Positions 9,134-17,485 of a DNA stretch of 40,952 bases are shown in pieces. This DNA is from Chloroflexota bacterium (GTDB taxonomy: Bacteria; Chloroflexota; Anaerolineae; B4-G1). The notes below the pieces were generated by a model. It ran no database searches and was not told the DNA's origin. It was given only the letters and a program-made list of their open reading frames with translations. The stretch lies in assembly GCA_011048615.1 (NCBI GenBank), contig DSDT01000198.1:1-40952 (forward strand), given 5' to 3'. The position numbers and the translations under genes were made by a program. The number at the start of each line of letters is the position of its first letter. Position 1 is the stretch's first letter.

Positions 9134-9343
9134 CTAATGTTGAAAGGACTGCTGATCTTTGATCGTTTGCCGACGGCTCTTGCGCAATTTGGCGGCCTTT
9201 TTGCGCTTACGGATCACACTCGGCTTTTCAAAAAAACGGCGACGACGTACCTCCGACATCACGCGGTCACCTTGTACCTTTTTGTTGAATCGGCGCAGCA
9301 GAGAGTCGAAGGATTCGCCATTCTCAATTACAACTTTAGTCAC
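9134..9343 (-). CDS. rpsU: 30S ribosomal protein S21
   Basis: GTG start at 9343 after AAAGGGGG; (M)TKVVIENGESFDSLLRRFNKKV...EVRRRRFFEKPSVIRKRKKAA. Confidence 0.93.
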   Translation of the reverse strand: MTKVVIENGESFDSLLRRFNKKVQGDRVMSEVRRRRFFEKPSVIRKRKKAAKLRKSRRQTIKDQQSFQH

Positions 9344-9443
9344 CCACTTCCCCCCTTTCTTTGCCCGGCTGTTGGCCGGTTTTTTTATTGCAACCGCATA
9401 ACTGCCTACGCGGTGCGACGCACTTGAGCAGTTACGCAACCGC

Positions 9444-9472
9444 ATTATAATAGTGGGCTGGTGACTTGTCAA
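9444..9472 (-). promoter_or_regulatory. Consensus sigma70 promoter of the rpsU operon
   Basis: Perfect TTGACA-17 bp-TATAAT on the minus strand. Confidence 0.85.
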
Positions 9473-9524
9473 GCAAAGGGGCTCGAGGGGAAGATGAGAG
9501 AGCGTACACTGTCGTGCGTGACGA

Positions 9525-9920
9525 CTAGATCATCGCGGCGGGGCGCACAGAGGCCTGAATCTCGCGCACCAGTTGAGGGGTATCAATATCTTTGAGGATG
9601 TAGCGTACGGCTCCTATGCGTTGGGCTTGCAATCGTTCTTGGGTATCGGGATAAGATGTGAGGACGACGACGCTCGTGGTCGGGCAGTGCTGGGTCAGGC
9701 AGCGCAGTGCTTCTAGCCCTTGACCATCGGCGCGCTTGGTCTCTAGAAGCACGACATCTGGCTTCAGCCTCTCGGTTTCCTGCAAACCGGTCTCCCAACA
9801 CCCGGTGCATCCGACAATATCCACCTCGCTCGTGGCTTGCAATCTTGCTTCGAGGGCTTCTCGCACTGTATCGTGGTCGTCAATAATGAATAGACGTGTG
9901 GATGCCAGTTTCTTTGTCAT
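9525..9920 (-). CDS. Stand-alone receiver-domain protein with Glu in place of the phosphoacceptor Asp
   Basis: IIDDHDTVR, PDVVLLETKRADGQG, VLTSY, YILKD; no output domain. Confidence 0.8.
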   Translation of the reverse strand: MTKKLASTRLFIIDDHDTVREALEARLQATSEVDIVGCTGCWETGLQETERLKPDVVLLETKRADGQGLEALRCLTQHCPTTSVVVLTSYPDTQERLQAQRIGAVRYILKDIDTPQLVREIQASVRPAAMI

Positions 9921-10018
9921 ACGCCGTTCTAGTATAGTGCAACTCTGTACAGGGTATTAGTGTCATCCTTCCCCGATTTGTTCTGACGTTTGTACCGAAC
10001 TCGTTTTCGACGTTTCTC

Positions 10019-10047
10019 TTGCTCAAGCGGCTCATCGCTGGTATAAT
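10019..10047 (+). promoter_or_regulatory. Sigma70-type promoter for the HK-RR pair
   Basis: TTGCTC-17 bp-TATAAT with an extended TG. Confidence 0.65.
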
Positions 10048-10085
10048 CAGGTTGCTGTAGGTCAAAGGAAAGGTGGGATGATTGG

Positions 10086-11477
10086 ATGCTCTGGCTGCGA
10101 GAGACTCTCGTCGCTTATCGTTTGCCGCTGGCTCTCTTTCACGGCCAGGCTTTTTTTGTGCTGAGTCTATCTATCCTCTTTCTGGCCCGCCGCAGTGCCA
10201 GGCTGGAGATCGCCCGCGGGTTGATGCCGTTGGCGGTCTTGGGGTTTTGTGAAGCCCTCTTGGCCTGGTTTCAGTTTGTCCCCCTCAGCCATTGGGGTTC
10301 TGGCTTGGGTGGGGTGCGGTTGCTGGTATTGGGCATCGGGTACACGGCTTTTCTTACCTTTGCTCTTCAGACCTGTGTATCTGAGAAGGACAGCAAGGTG
10401 AAGCGGGTGCTGGTGGGATGGCTGCTTCCCGGAGGGTTGGGAGTGCTGTGGCTGTGTGGGTGGGCTATTGCGTATGGCGTCGGTGTGCCGATTGAGCAGG
10501 TGTTGTTGGGGGGAGAATTGACCGCCCGCTATGGTCTGGTGGCGCCGGGCGGACTGGTAGGTATGTGGGGACTGCGTCGCCAGACGTATCGGACGATTCA
10601 CAGGGCGCAATTGTCATTGGTCAAACCCTACTTGAGAGTGGCTGGGATTGGTCTGGGGTTTTGGTCCCTGTTTGGTGGGCTAATCGGTCCGGCTGTACCT
10701 TTCTTTCCCGGCAGGTGGCTCAATGAGGAGATGATTTTGCAGGTCACCTCTACCCCGGTCTCGCTTTACCGCGGTCTTTGTGGCCTTGCTATCACCTATG
10801 GGATTGTGCAGGCATTGAGGGCGGTGCTGAGCGAGATTGATCTATGGTTGGAGAGCACGGAACGGAACCAGGCCCTGGCTCGCGAACGGGAGCGCATCGG
10901 GCGTGAACTGCACGATGGGATCATCCAATCTATATACGCGGCGGGCTTGATGCTGGAGGGAGCACGGCATAGCATGCTATTGGAGCCAAGGGCGGCACAG
11001 GCCCAGTTGACGCGAGCGATTGAGAGCTTGAATCAGACCATCAAGGATATCCGGCGTTACATTTTTGATCTGCGAGGCGAGTTGCCCAACGATGATTTGG
11101 AGACTGGGTTGCGCAAGATTCTCGAGGATTTTCAGATCAATACCCTGTTGGAGACCGAGTTTGTCGTGGATGGTGAAGGTCTTCCTACGCTGGGGGCCGA
11201 GCGCCGGCAGCACATTTTTCAGATTGCCCGGGAAGCGCTGACGAACACAGCCCGGCATGCCCGTGCCCGTCGAGTGGGGATGAGCCTGCGCCATGATACC
11301 CATACGTTGCAGCTCCGCATCTCCGACGATGGCATTGGGTTGGAGGCTTTGCCGATCAATAGCAAGGGGCAGGGGCTGCGAAATATCCGGGAGCGAGCCC
11401 GGCTGCTTGACGGTGAGCTGGATCTGAGCACTGCCCCGAATGAGGGGATGACTATGACGCTCACCATCCCATATTGA
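10086..11477 (+). CDS. Membrane sensor histidine kinase, HisKA_3 (NarX/DesK-like)
   Basis: About 7 TM helices; [19 protein letters not shown]-box; [29 protein letters not shown]. Confidence 0.9.
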   Translation: MLWLRETLVAYRLPLALFHGQAFFVLSLSILFLARRSARLEIARGLMPLAVLGFCEALLAWFQFVPLSHWGSGLGGVRLLVLGIGYTAFLTFALQTCVSEKDSKVKRVLVGWLLPGGLGVLWLCGWAIAYGVGVPIEQVLLGGELTARYGLVAPGGLVGMWGLRRQTYRTIHRAQLSLVKPYLRVAGIGLGFWSLFGGLIGPAVPFFPGRWLNEEMILQVTSTPVSLYRGLCGLAITYGIVQALRAVLSEIDLWLESTERNQALARERERIGRELHDGIIQSIYAAGLMLEGARHSMLLEPRAAQAQLTRAIESLNQTIKDIRRYIFDLRGELPNDDLETGLRKILEDFQINTLLETEFVVDGEGLPTLGAERRQHIFQIAREALTNTARHARARRVGMSLRHDTHTLQLRISDDGIGLEALPINSKGQGLRNIRERARLLDGELDLSTAPNEGMTMTLTIPY

Positions 11478-11493
11478 TCTGACAGGTAGGGGT

Positions 11494-12144
11494 ATGACAC
11501 TCAAAATCATTATCGTAGACGATCACGAGGTAGTACGGCTCGGGCTGCGCACGCTGCTCGACCGTCACCCTGGTTTTACCGTCATTGACGAGGCGGAGAC
11601 GGCTAAGGAGGCGGTCAAAAAGAGCCTGCTGCTGCAACCCGATGTCGTCGTGATGGACATTCGGTTGTTGGGGGGAAGTGGCATTGACGCATGCCGAAAA
11701 ATTGTCGAACAGATGCCTGACATCAAGGTGATCATGCTCACGTCCTACGCTGAGGATGATATGTTGTTCGATGCCATCGCTGCGGGGGCGTGTGGCTACG
11801 TCCTCAAGCAGATCGGCAGTGACGATTTGATCCAGGCGGTGGAAGCAGTGGGGAGAGGGGAGGCGCTGTTGGACCCCGCGCTGACGCAGCGGGTGTTTGC
11901 CCGCGTGCGCGAGGCGGCCCGCAAGGAACACGCAGAGGCTTTTGTCAATTTGACCAATCAAGAGTTGCGGGTGCTGGCTCAGGTGGCGGAGGGAAAGACG
12001 AATCGAGAGATTGCGGAGGTGCTCTTTCTCGGTGAGGGAACGGTGCGCAATTATGTCAGCAGTATTCTCAAAAAATTGGATCTGACCAATCGGGCCGAAG
12101 CGGCGGCTTATGCCGTGGAGCACAGTCTCAAAGAGTTCCTCTAG
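11494..12144 (+). CDS. NarL/LuxR-family response regulator
   Basis: [16 protein letters not shown], Lux[45 protein letters not shown]. Confidence 0.93.
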   Translation: MTLKIIIVDDHEVVRLGLRTLLDRHPGFTVIDEAETAKEAVKKSLLLQPDVVVMDIRLLGGSGIDACRKIVEQMPDIKVIMLTSYAEDDMLFDAIAAGACGYVLKQIGSDDLIQAVEAVGRGEALLDPALTQRVFARVREAARKEHAEAFVNLTNQELRVLAQVAEGKTNREIAEVLFLGEGTVRNYVSSILKKLDLTNRAEAAAYAVEHSLKEFL

Positions 12145-12160
12145 GTCATTGTTCAGACGG

Positions 12161-12204
12161 AGAGCGGGTTGTGAGATCATTGTCTCACAACCCGCTCTGT
12201 TTTT
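12161..12204 (+). terminator. Rho-independent terminator
   Basis: 16-bp perfect stem AGAGCGGGTTGTGAGA / TCTCACAACCCGCTCT followed by GTTTTT. Confidence 0.8.
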
Positions 12205-12278
12205 CAGCGGTCGGCGCACAGGGTCATGCGCCTAAAAGCCTAACAAAGCTACGCCTCAAACCGACGAGGTTGAAACTC

Positions 12279-12347
12279 ACCGCAGAGCGCGCAGAGCCCG
12301 CTGAGAAAAACACGAGAGAACTCTGCGCTCTCTGTGGGCTCTGCGGT
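12279..12347. repeat. 9-bp-periodic imperfect inverted repeat (CGCAGAG x3 / CTCTGCG x3)
   Basis: ACCGCAGAGCGCGCAGAGCCCGCTGAG-spacer-CTCTGCGCTCTCTGTGGGCTCTGCGGT. Confidence 0.7.
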
Positions 12348-12419
12348 AAAATCTGGTCTCATTTGTAACTTGCCAATGGCCCATTCTACCTTGGGCGGCC
12401 TAGTTCCCGGGCAAGGCCC

Positions 12420-12526
12420 GCCGGGGCATAAAGTGCCCCGGCTACAGAGCTTGGGCCCCGTTCACGGGGCTTCTAAGCCCGATTCATCGGGCGCTGCTCC
12501 GTAGCCCGGCGACTTTATCGCCGGGC
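12420..12526. repeat. BIME-like element: two inverted GTAG-type REP hairpins flanking two TTCA-loop hairpins
   Basis: Left (minus) GTAGCCGGGGCA-CTTTA-TGCCCCGGC; right (plus) GTAGCCCGGCGA-CTTTA-TCGCCGGGC; inner GCCCCG-TTCA-CGGGGC (12455-12470) and GCCCGA-TTCA-TCGGGC (12477-12492). Confidence 0.75.
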
Positions 12527-12576
12527 GTTTGCTAATGTGCCATTGTCAAAGTAAAGCATTTTGGGTGTCAAGGAGT

Positions 12577-14019
12577 CTAGGGTGCGGCCTCTTCCAGGTA
12601 TTCGTTGCACTGTTCGGCTGTCGCGTTGAGCTGGGTTTCGGCATCCGCTCCACTCAGGACAGCAGTGAGCATCTCCTCGACAGCAGCCCGGCACTCGTCG
12701 TAGCCGGCCACTGGGGATTCGATGCCATAGTCCATGGCCATGAAGGTGAATGCCTTTCGATAGGTGGGATGTTCCTCAAAGTAAGCACTGAGCATTTCCG
12801 CGGCCGAATCGCGGGTGGGGAAGTAGCCGGTCCCGCTGGCCCAGGTGGCTTGCTGCTCAGGCTCGCTCATCCACTTGATGAACAGCCAGGCGGCCAACTG
12901 TTCTTCTGGCGTGCTCACAAAGATGGACTGGCTGGCGCCATAGATGTTCATCCGGGGCTCTGAGGTGGTGTGCGGCGGCGGATTTACGCTCCAGTTGAAG
13001 CCCGCTCCCTCGTCCACAGCAGTCTTGTAGTAGGGCAGCCCAGAGATCGAGCTGATGGTGAAGAGGGACCGGCCCGCGCCAAAGTCGCTCTGGTCGCCGT
13101 ATCTCTCGGTCTGCTCCGCGGCGCAGCCCTGGTCTACGAGGTCCTTGAGAAAGAGCAGCGCCTCTAGCCCGGGGTCGTTGTTAAAGGCATACCCGGTGCC
13201 GTTCTCGTTGATGATGTTTCCCCCCCGGCTAAAGACAAAGGTGGCGAATCGAGAGGCGTCAATGGAGTAGACGTAGCCATAGCTGCTGCCCTCACCGGTG
13301 GCGCCGGAGAAGGGTTGTTGAGCGGCGGCGCAGGCCATCTCGGCGAACTCGTCCCAGGTATTGGGCGGCTCGGTGTAGCCGAGTTCTCCCAGCCAATCCT
13401 CGTTATAGTACATGACCTCCATGGATTTGTAGGGCGGCCAGCCATACCGCGCTTCGAACTGGGGCAGAATGTCGGCGCCCAGCGCGATGGGGAAAAAGTC
13501 GTCCAGTTCTTGCTGGCTGTAGCCCCACATTTCGCTCTCCACGTAGGGGTCCAGTGCGACCAACGCGCCCTGCACGGCATAGGTGGCGGCCTGGTTCTGG
13601 TAGGCTACTGCCATACTGGGGAGTTGGTTGGCTGGAATGCCGGCGATGATCTTTTGATACAGATCGTTGTAGCCGCCCTGAGACTCGCCCTGGACGGTGA
13701 TGCCCCACTCGTTGGTGCGGTTGAACTCGTCAATCAGGCTCAGCATCAGTTCGTCGCGGGAGCTCGTGTGCTGATGCCAGTAGACGACGATCTGGCCGCT
13801 GGGGTCCAGGTTTTCCAGATCCCCATAGATCTCGACATCGTAGGAGAGGGGTACCGGGGTCGGCTCGGGCGCTTTTGTCGGTTCTGCGGGCGCTTGAGTA
13901 GGCTGTACCACCGGCGCTTCTGTAGGTTGTGCGGTTTCCTGCGGGCCACACGCAACGGCCAGCGGAAGAACCAGGGCCAAGACGATCAATACGGCGACTA
14001 GCTTTCGGGTGTTCATCAC
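12577..14019 (-). CDS. ABC transporter substrate-binding lipoprotein (family 1, UgpB-like)
   Basis: GGAGGAG SD; lipobox AVAC; PTEAP-rich linker; IVVYWHQH, MYYNEDWL, AAWLFIKWM..PEQQATWASGTGYFP. Confidence 0.88.
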   Translation of the reverse strand: MMNTRKLVAVLIVLALVLPLAVACGPQETAQPTEAPVVQPTQAPAEPTKAPEPTPVPLSYDVEIYGDLENLDPSGQIVVYWHQHTSSRDELMLSLIDEFNRTNEWGITVQGESQGGYNDLYQKIIAGIPANQLPSMAVAYQNQAATYAVQGALVALDPYVESEMWGYSQQELDDFFPIALGADILPQFEARYGWPPYKSMEVMYYNEDWLGELGYTEPPNTWDEFAEMACAAAQQPFSGATGEGSSYGYVYSIDASRFATFVFSRGGNIINENGTGYAFNNDPGLEALLFLKDLVDQGCAAEQTERYGDQSDFGAGRSLFTISSISGLPYYKTAVDEGAGFNWSVNPPPHTTSEPRMNIYGASQSIFVSTPEEQLAAWLFIKWMSEPEQQATWASGTGYFPTRDSAAEMLSAYFEEHPTYRKAFTFMAMDYGIESPVAGYDECRAAVEEMLTAVLSGADAETQLNATAEQCNEYLEEAAP

Positions 14020-14126
14020 TTTTTCTCCTCCAATAGGTAAACTAGAATTTTCGGCCAGTAGATTGTTGGGCAGTAATTTTTCCGAGCATCACCTCCCTTG
14101 TCGTCCGGTGAGTTGCATGGTGTGGA

Positions 14127-15449
14127 TTATCCTTTCAAACCAGTCGTTGCGATGCCTTCGGTAAACTGTTTTTGGGTAAAAAAGTATAGTACCAGGATGG
14201 GAATGGTCGTGATCACGGAACCAGCCATAATCAATTGAGTCTCGGCCCCGGCCTCGGTGATAAAGCCAGATAATCCCACGGTGATAGGGCGCCAATTCGG
14301 AGTGCTGGTGACGATCAGGGGCCACTGGAGCGAGTTCCAGGCCCAGATGCCGTTAAAGATGACGACGGACATGAGCGGGGCCTTGGACATTGGCAGGACG
14401 ATTTGGGTCAGAAAGCGCAAGTGACCGCATCCATCAATGAGCGCGGCGTCGAACAGGTCGTCAGGAATTTGGGCAAAAAATTGGCGGAGTAGAAAGACGG
14501 TAAAGGTATTGACCATGAACGGGATGGTCAGCGCGGTCCAGTTGTTGTACCAAGCGTTGGGGATGCCAAACGTTTGCTTGAAAAAGTCCTCCAGGGCGAT
14601 GATGATCAAATAGTTCGGGATCATGACTACTGTCCACGGGATCATGTACGTCGCCAGGTAGGCGGTGAACAGCAGCCCTTTGGCAGGAAAATTCATTCGG
14701 GCAAAGGCATAAGCCGCCAGTGTACCGGTGATCACGACCCCGGCGATGGTCAATGTGGTGGTGATGATGCTGTTCCGCGTGTATTGCGCGAAATTGGCCT
14801 GTTTCCAGGCCGAGAAATAGTTGCCAAAGAACATGTAGAGCATGTTCCAGCCTTGTTTGATCACGAGATGGTCGGGGTGAGCTTCGATGACCTCGAAATG
14901 GGGGCCCCAGCGTCCTCGCGCGGAACCTTCATAGTTCGGGCCGCCCCATTCTTTCAAATCAATGCGGGTGGAGAACTGTTCGACGATGCGGGAACCCATG
15001 GTCAGAATAAAGCGGTCGTAATTCTGTACCTCGTCGTTCGTCGAGTCCAGGGCCAGGATGAGCACATTGAAGGGCACAGATGTCTCCTTTGCTCGTAGGA
15101 GCTCTTCCACGAACGGAGTCACGGCCTGGACGGGAATGCTGCCCTCTACGTGGGGACTGAAGGATGAGGCGGCTCCGTGCCAGTCGTTAGTTGGGGAGTG
15201 GAGGGGGACGATGATTGTCTGGGTGGCCGGCCGGTTGGCGTAAGGGGCGGCCGTCAATCCCACCGGCCAGAATTTTCTCTGGCTGTGTTCTCCGTACGTC
15301 TTGGACGCCGTCAGGAGCATCCATATAAAGGGAAAAACAGCCACGATAGCGCCCAAGGTGAGGATCAGGTACATCAGGCCACGTGTGACTATGCCGCGAC
15401 TGCGATAGACCTGGGGAATGTGCGTCGGCGTCGTCGGCTCGCTAGCCAT
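14127..15449 (-). CDS. Carbohydrate ABC permease (UgpE/MalG-like) with a large inserted extracytoplasmic domain
   Basis: AAYAFARMNFP, FLLRQFFAQIPDDLFDAALIDGC (EAA loop), WNSLQWPLI, QKQFTEGIATTGLKG. Confidence 0.88.
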   Translation of the reverse strand: MASEPTTPTHIPQVYRSRGIVTRGLMYLILTLGAIVAVFPFIWMLLTASKTYGEHSQRKFWPVGLTAAPYANRPATQTIIVPLHSPTNDWHGAASSFSPHVEGSIPVQAVTPFVEELLRAKETSVPFNVLILALDSTNDEVQNYDRFILTMGSRIVEQFSTRIDLKEWGGPNYEGSARGRWGPHFEVIEAHPDHLVIKQGWNMLYMFFGNYFSAWKQANFAQYTRNSIITTTLTIAGVVITGTLAAYAFARMNFPAKGLLFTAYLATYMIPWTVVMIPNYLIIIALEDFFKQTFGIPNAWYNNWTALTIPFMVNTFTVFLLRQFFAQIPDDLFDAALIDGCGHLRFLTQIVLPMSKAPLMSVVIFNGIWAWNSLQWPLIVTSTPNWRPITVGLSGFITEAGAETQLIMAGSVITTIPILVLYFFTQKQFTEGIATTGLKG

Positions 15450-16647
15450 AGAACACCCGTCCTTCCGACAGCCGGTTTTGAACCCAGGTCAGGCTAAGCA
15501 TGACTCCAGTCAAGATAAAAGCCAGGGCTGAGGCGTAGCCAAACCGGTGGCCCTCCCAAAAGTGTTTGAATATCAGGATGCTGGTCGTCATAGTGGTCCC
15601 CTGAGGAAACCCCAAGGTGTATCCGGTGGTGATGACATAGATGTGATTAAAGGCCCGGAATGTGCCCAGGATGCCCATCATCAGCAAAAAGTAAGTGGTC
15701 GGCGAGACGAGGGGGATGGTGATGTGCCGCAGCAGCTCCCACTGACTTGCGCCGTCTATGCGGGCGGCTTCGTACATCTCTGTGGGCACGTTTCCCAATC
15801 CGGCCAGATAGATCACGGTGTTGTACCCCACATAGGTCCAGATGTTGTAGAGAATGATGACTACCAGGGCCAGGCTGGGCCCGGCGGCCCAGGTGGGTAT
15901 CTCTATCCCCAGCCATTCGCCGATCAGGAGATTGACTCCCCTGGCCTCGAATACCCACTTGGGAAGATTGCCCTCAGCGACGCCAGCCAAGCTGAGCAAG
16001 GTGTTGATCACGCCGCGGCTGGGATCAAAGATGGTGCGCCACACCGCCGCCGAAGCAACCGCGACAGTGACATAGGGCAGGAAATATAGAATGCGCCACA
16101 TCGTCTTGCCGCGAATGTTTTGGAATAGAATGTTAGCCAGTAGGAAGGACAGGACGATCTGCAGGGGAACGGTCCCCAGGGAGTAGAAAAAAGTGGTCAA
16201 CAGGGATTTGAAGAGGTCATCATCTCCGTTCTCCAGCATATTCGGGAATCCGACGATCAGAGCCAGCCCACCAAAGAGTAACATCAGCACGGCGGCGGCG
16301 CGCAGGAGAAACCCCCAGCTGGATGTTCCCGCCGTGATGCTGCGCCACACCATCCAGGCTGCGGCCAACAGGCCCATCCCCCCTACCACCCACACCACGT
16401 CTATCGGTTCTCCAAGGGCCTTGAGGTAGTTTTCGAAGGCGAGGAAATGTCCCTTTTGGATGCGCCACTTGTGCATGCTGATGTAGAGGGCGTAACCGAC
16501 GGGCAAAAGATTGAAGACGATCAACAGCAGAGTGCCTGGGAACAGGAACAGGTAGGCTTGTAGGGCTTCTCGAATGCGTCTGCCACGATACCCTGCAAAT
16601 AGACCGTGGCGGGAGGTATGCGTCATAGATTGGTCAATGGTGGACAT
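15442..16647 (-). CDS. Carbohydrate ABC permease (UgpA/MalF-like) with two extra TM helices
   Basis: AYLFLFPG, RILYFLPYV, GYNTVIYLAGL..VPTEMYEAARIDGA, FGYASALAFIL. Confidence 0.88.
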   Translation of the reverse strand: MSTIDQSMTHTSRHGLFAGYRGRRIREALQAYLFLFPGTLLLIVFNLLPVGYALYISMHKWRIQKGHFLAFENYLKALGEPIDVVWVVGGMGLLAAAWMVWRSITAGTSSWGFLLRAAAVLMLLFGGLALIVGFPNMLENGDDDLFKSLLTTFFYSLGTVPLQIVLSFLLANILFQNIRGKTMWRILYFLPYVTVAVASAAVWRTIFDPSRGVINTLLSLAGVAEGNLPKWVFEARGVNLLIGEWLGIEIPTWAAGPSLALVVIILYNIWTYVGYNTVIYLAGLGNVPTEMYEAARIDGASQWELLRHITIPLVSPTTYFLLMMGILGTFRAFNHIYVITTGYTLGFPQGTTMTTSILIFKHFWEGHRFGYASALAFILTGVMLSLTWVQNRLSEGRVFYG

Positions 16648-16683
16648 ACGCTCCTTTCGCTGAGGCGCTTGTCAGCGCTTTGC

Positions 16684-16712
16684 ATTATATGTCAAAGCCT
16701 GTGGGCTGTCAA
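16684..16712 (-). promoter_or_regulatory. Consensus sigma70 promoter of the ABC importer operon
   Basis: Perfect TTGACA-17 bp-TATAAT on the minus strand, 36 bp upstream of the ATG. Confidence 0.85.
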
Positions 16713-16815
16713 GAATTCGTTTTTAACGCATTCATCCGGGTCCAATTTGGGCCGATCTGGGAGGCTCGCCGCCTTTTCCCGCTGAAATCTCGTTCTGGAG
16801 ATACCGGGTACACGG

Positions 16816-16844
16816 AAAAGGCCGGGCGTTTTTGCGCCCGGCCT
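16816..16844 (-). terminator. Rho-independent terminator after lepB
   Basis: AGGCCGGGCG / CGCCCGGCCT 10-bp stem followed by TTT on the minus strand. Confidence 0.7.
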
Positions 16845-16871
16845 CTTGTCATCTGGAGATGTGCTGGTGTG

Positions 16872-17441
16872 CTATTCTAGGAAGCCGACATGTTCTGTCG
16901 GCCAGTAAGAGAACCAAGCCCGTCCCACGACATCCTCAATGGGCACGGGGCCGAAACTGCGCGAATCGTTGGAAGCGCCGCGGTTATCTCCCAAGACGAA
17001 TATGTGTAGAGGGGGAATGACCTGCGGGCCATAGTTCCTTCCACCGGGATTGACCGTCCAAGGTTCCTCAATCACCCTGTCCTCGATATAGACCTGCCCG
17101 TTGCGCACCTCTATGGTCTCCCCGGGCAGTCCCATGACCCGTTTGATCAGCATTTCGGCCTGGTCCGGCATCTCGATCACGACGATGTCTCCCCGCCGAG
17201 GGCCGTGAAGAAAGCGATAGGTCACTTTTTCCACCACCACCCGTTGATTGGTGTGTAGATTCGGCTCCATACTCTGGCCCAGCACCTGGGTGGCCTGGGC
17301 CAGGAACAGATTGATGATCAGGGCGATGACGACGGCTGGCACGACTGTCTCGGCTAACTCGCGCAGCGCGTGCAGCAGCCAGCGCCAGGCTTGACTGCCG
17401 GGTCGTTGCTCGCTCTCGGATTCTCTGGGTGTGTGTTCCAC
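16872..17441 (-). CDS. lepB: Signal peptidase I
   Basis: One TM; GQSMEPNL (catalytic Ser), LIKRVMGLPGE (catalytic Lys), FVLGDNRGASNDSRSFG. Confidence 0.93.
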   Translation of the reverse strand: MEHTPRESESEQRPGSQAWRWLLHALRELAETVVPAVVIALIINLFLAQATQVLGQSMEPNLHTNQRVVVEKVTYRFLHGPRRGDIVVIEMPDQAEMLIKRVMGLPGETIEVRNGQVYIEDRVIEEPWTVNPGGRNYGPQVIPPLHIFVLGDNRGASNDSRSFGPVPIEDVVGRAWFSYWPTEHVGFLE

Positions 17442-17485
17442 AGTTCCTCTCGTCGGTAGTCAGGGGCGGCCCGTGAACCTGGGGC

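Noticed and set aside
9996-10009. LexA (Cheo-box)-like CGAAC-TCGT-TTTCG
   Set aside because: Mismatch in the core GTTC half, and the flanking genes are not SOS-type; likely chance or a site for the local regulator.
12171-12368. 65-aa ORF with an LCALCGLCG motif resembling a metal-binding site
   Set aside because: It is a translation of the terminator and palindromic repeats; no SD.
12145-12576. CRISPR array
   Set aside because: The repeats are inverted and heterogeneous, not identical direct repeats with unique spacers; no cas genes.
13855-13935. PTEAP/PTQAP/PTKAP repeats in the binding protein
   Set aside because: Ordinary low-complexity lipoprotein tether; not a distinct element.
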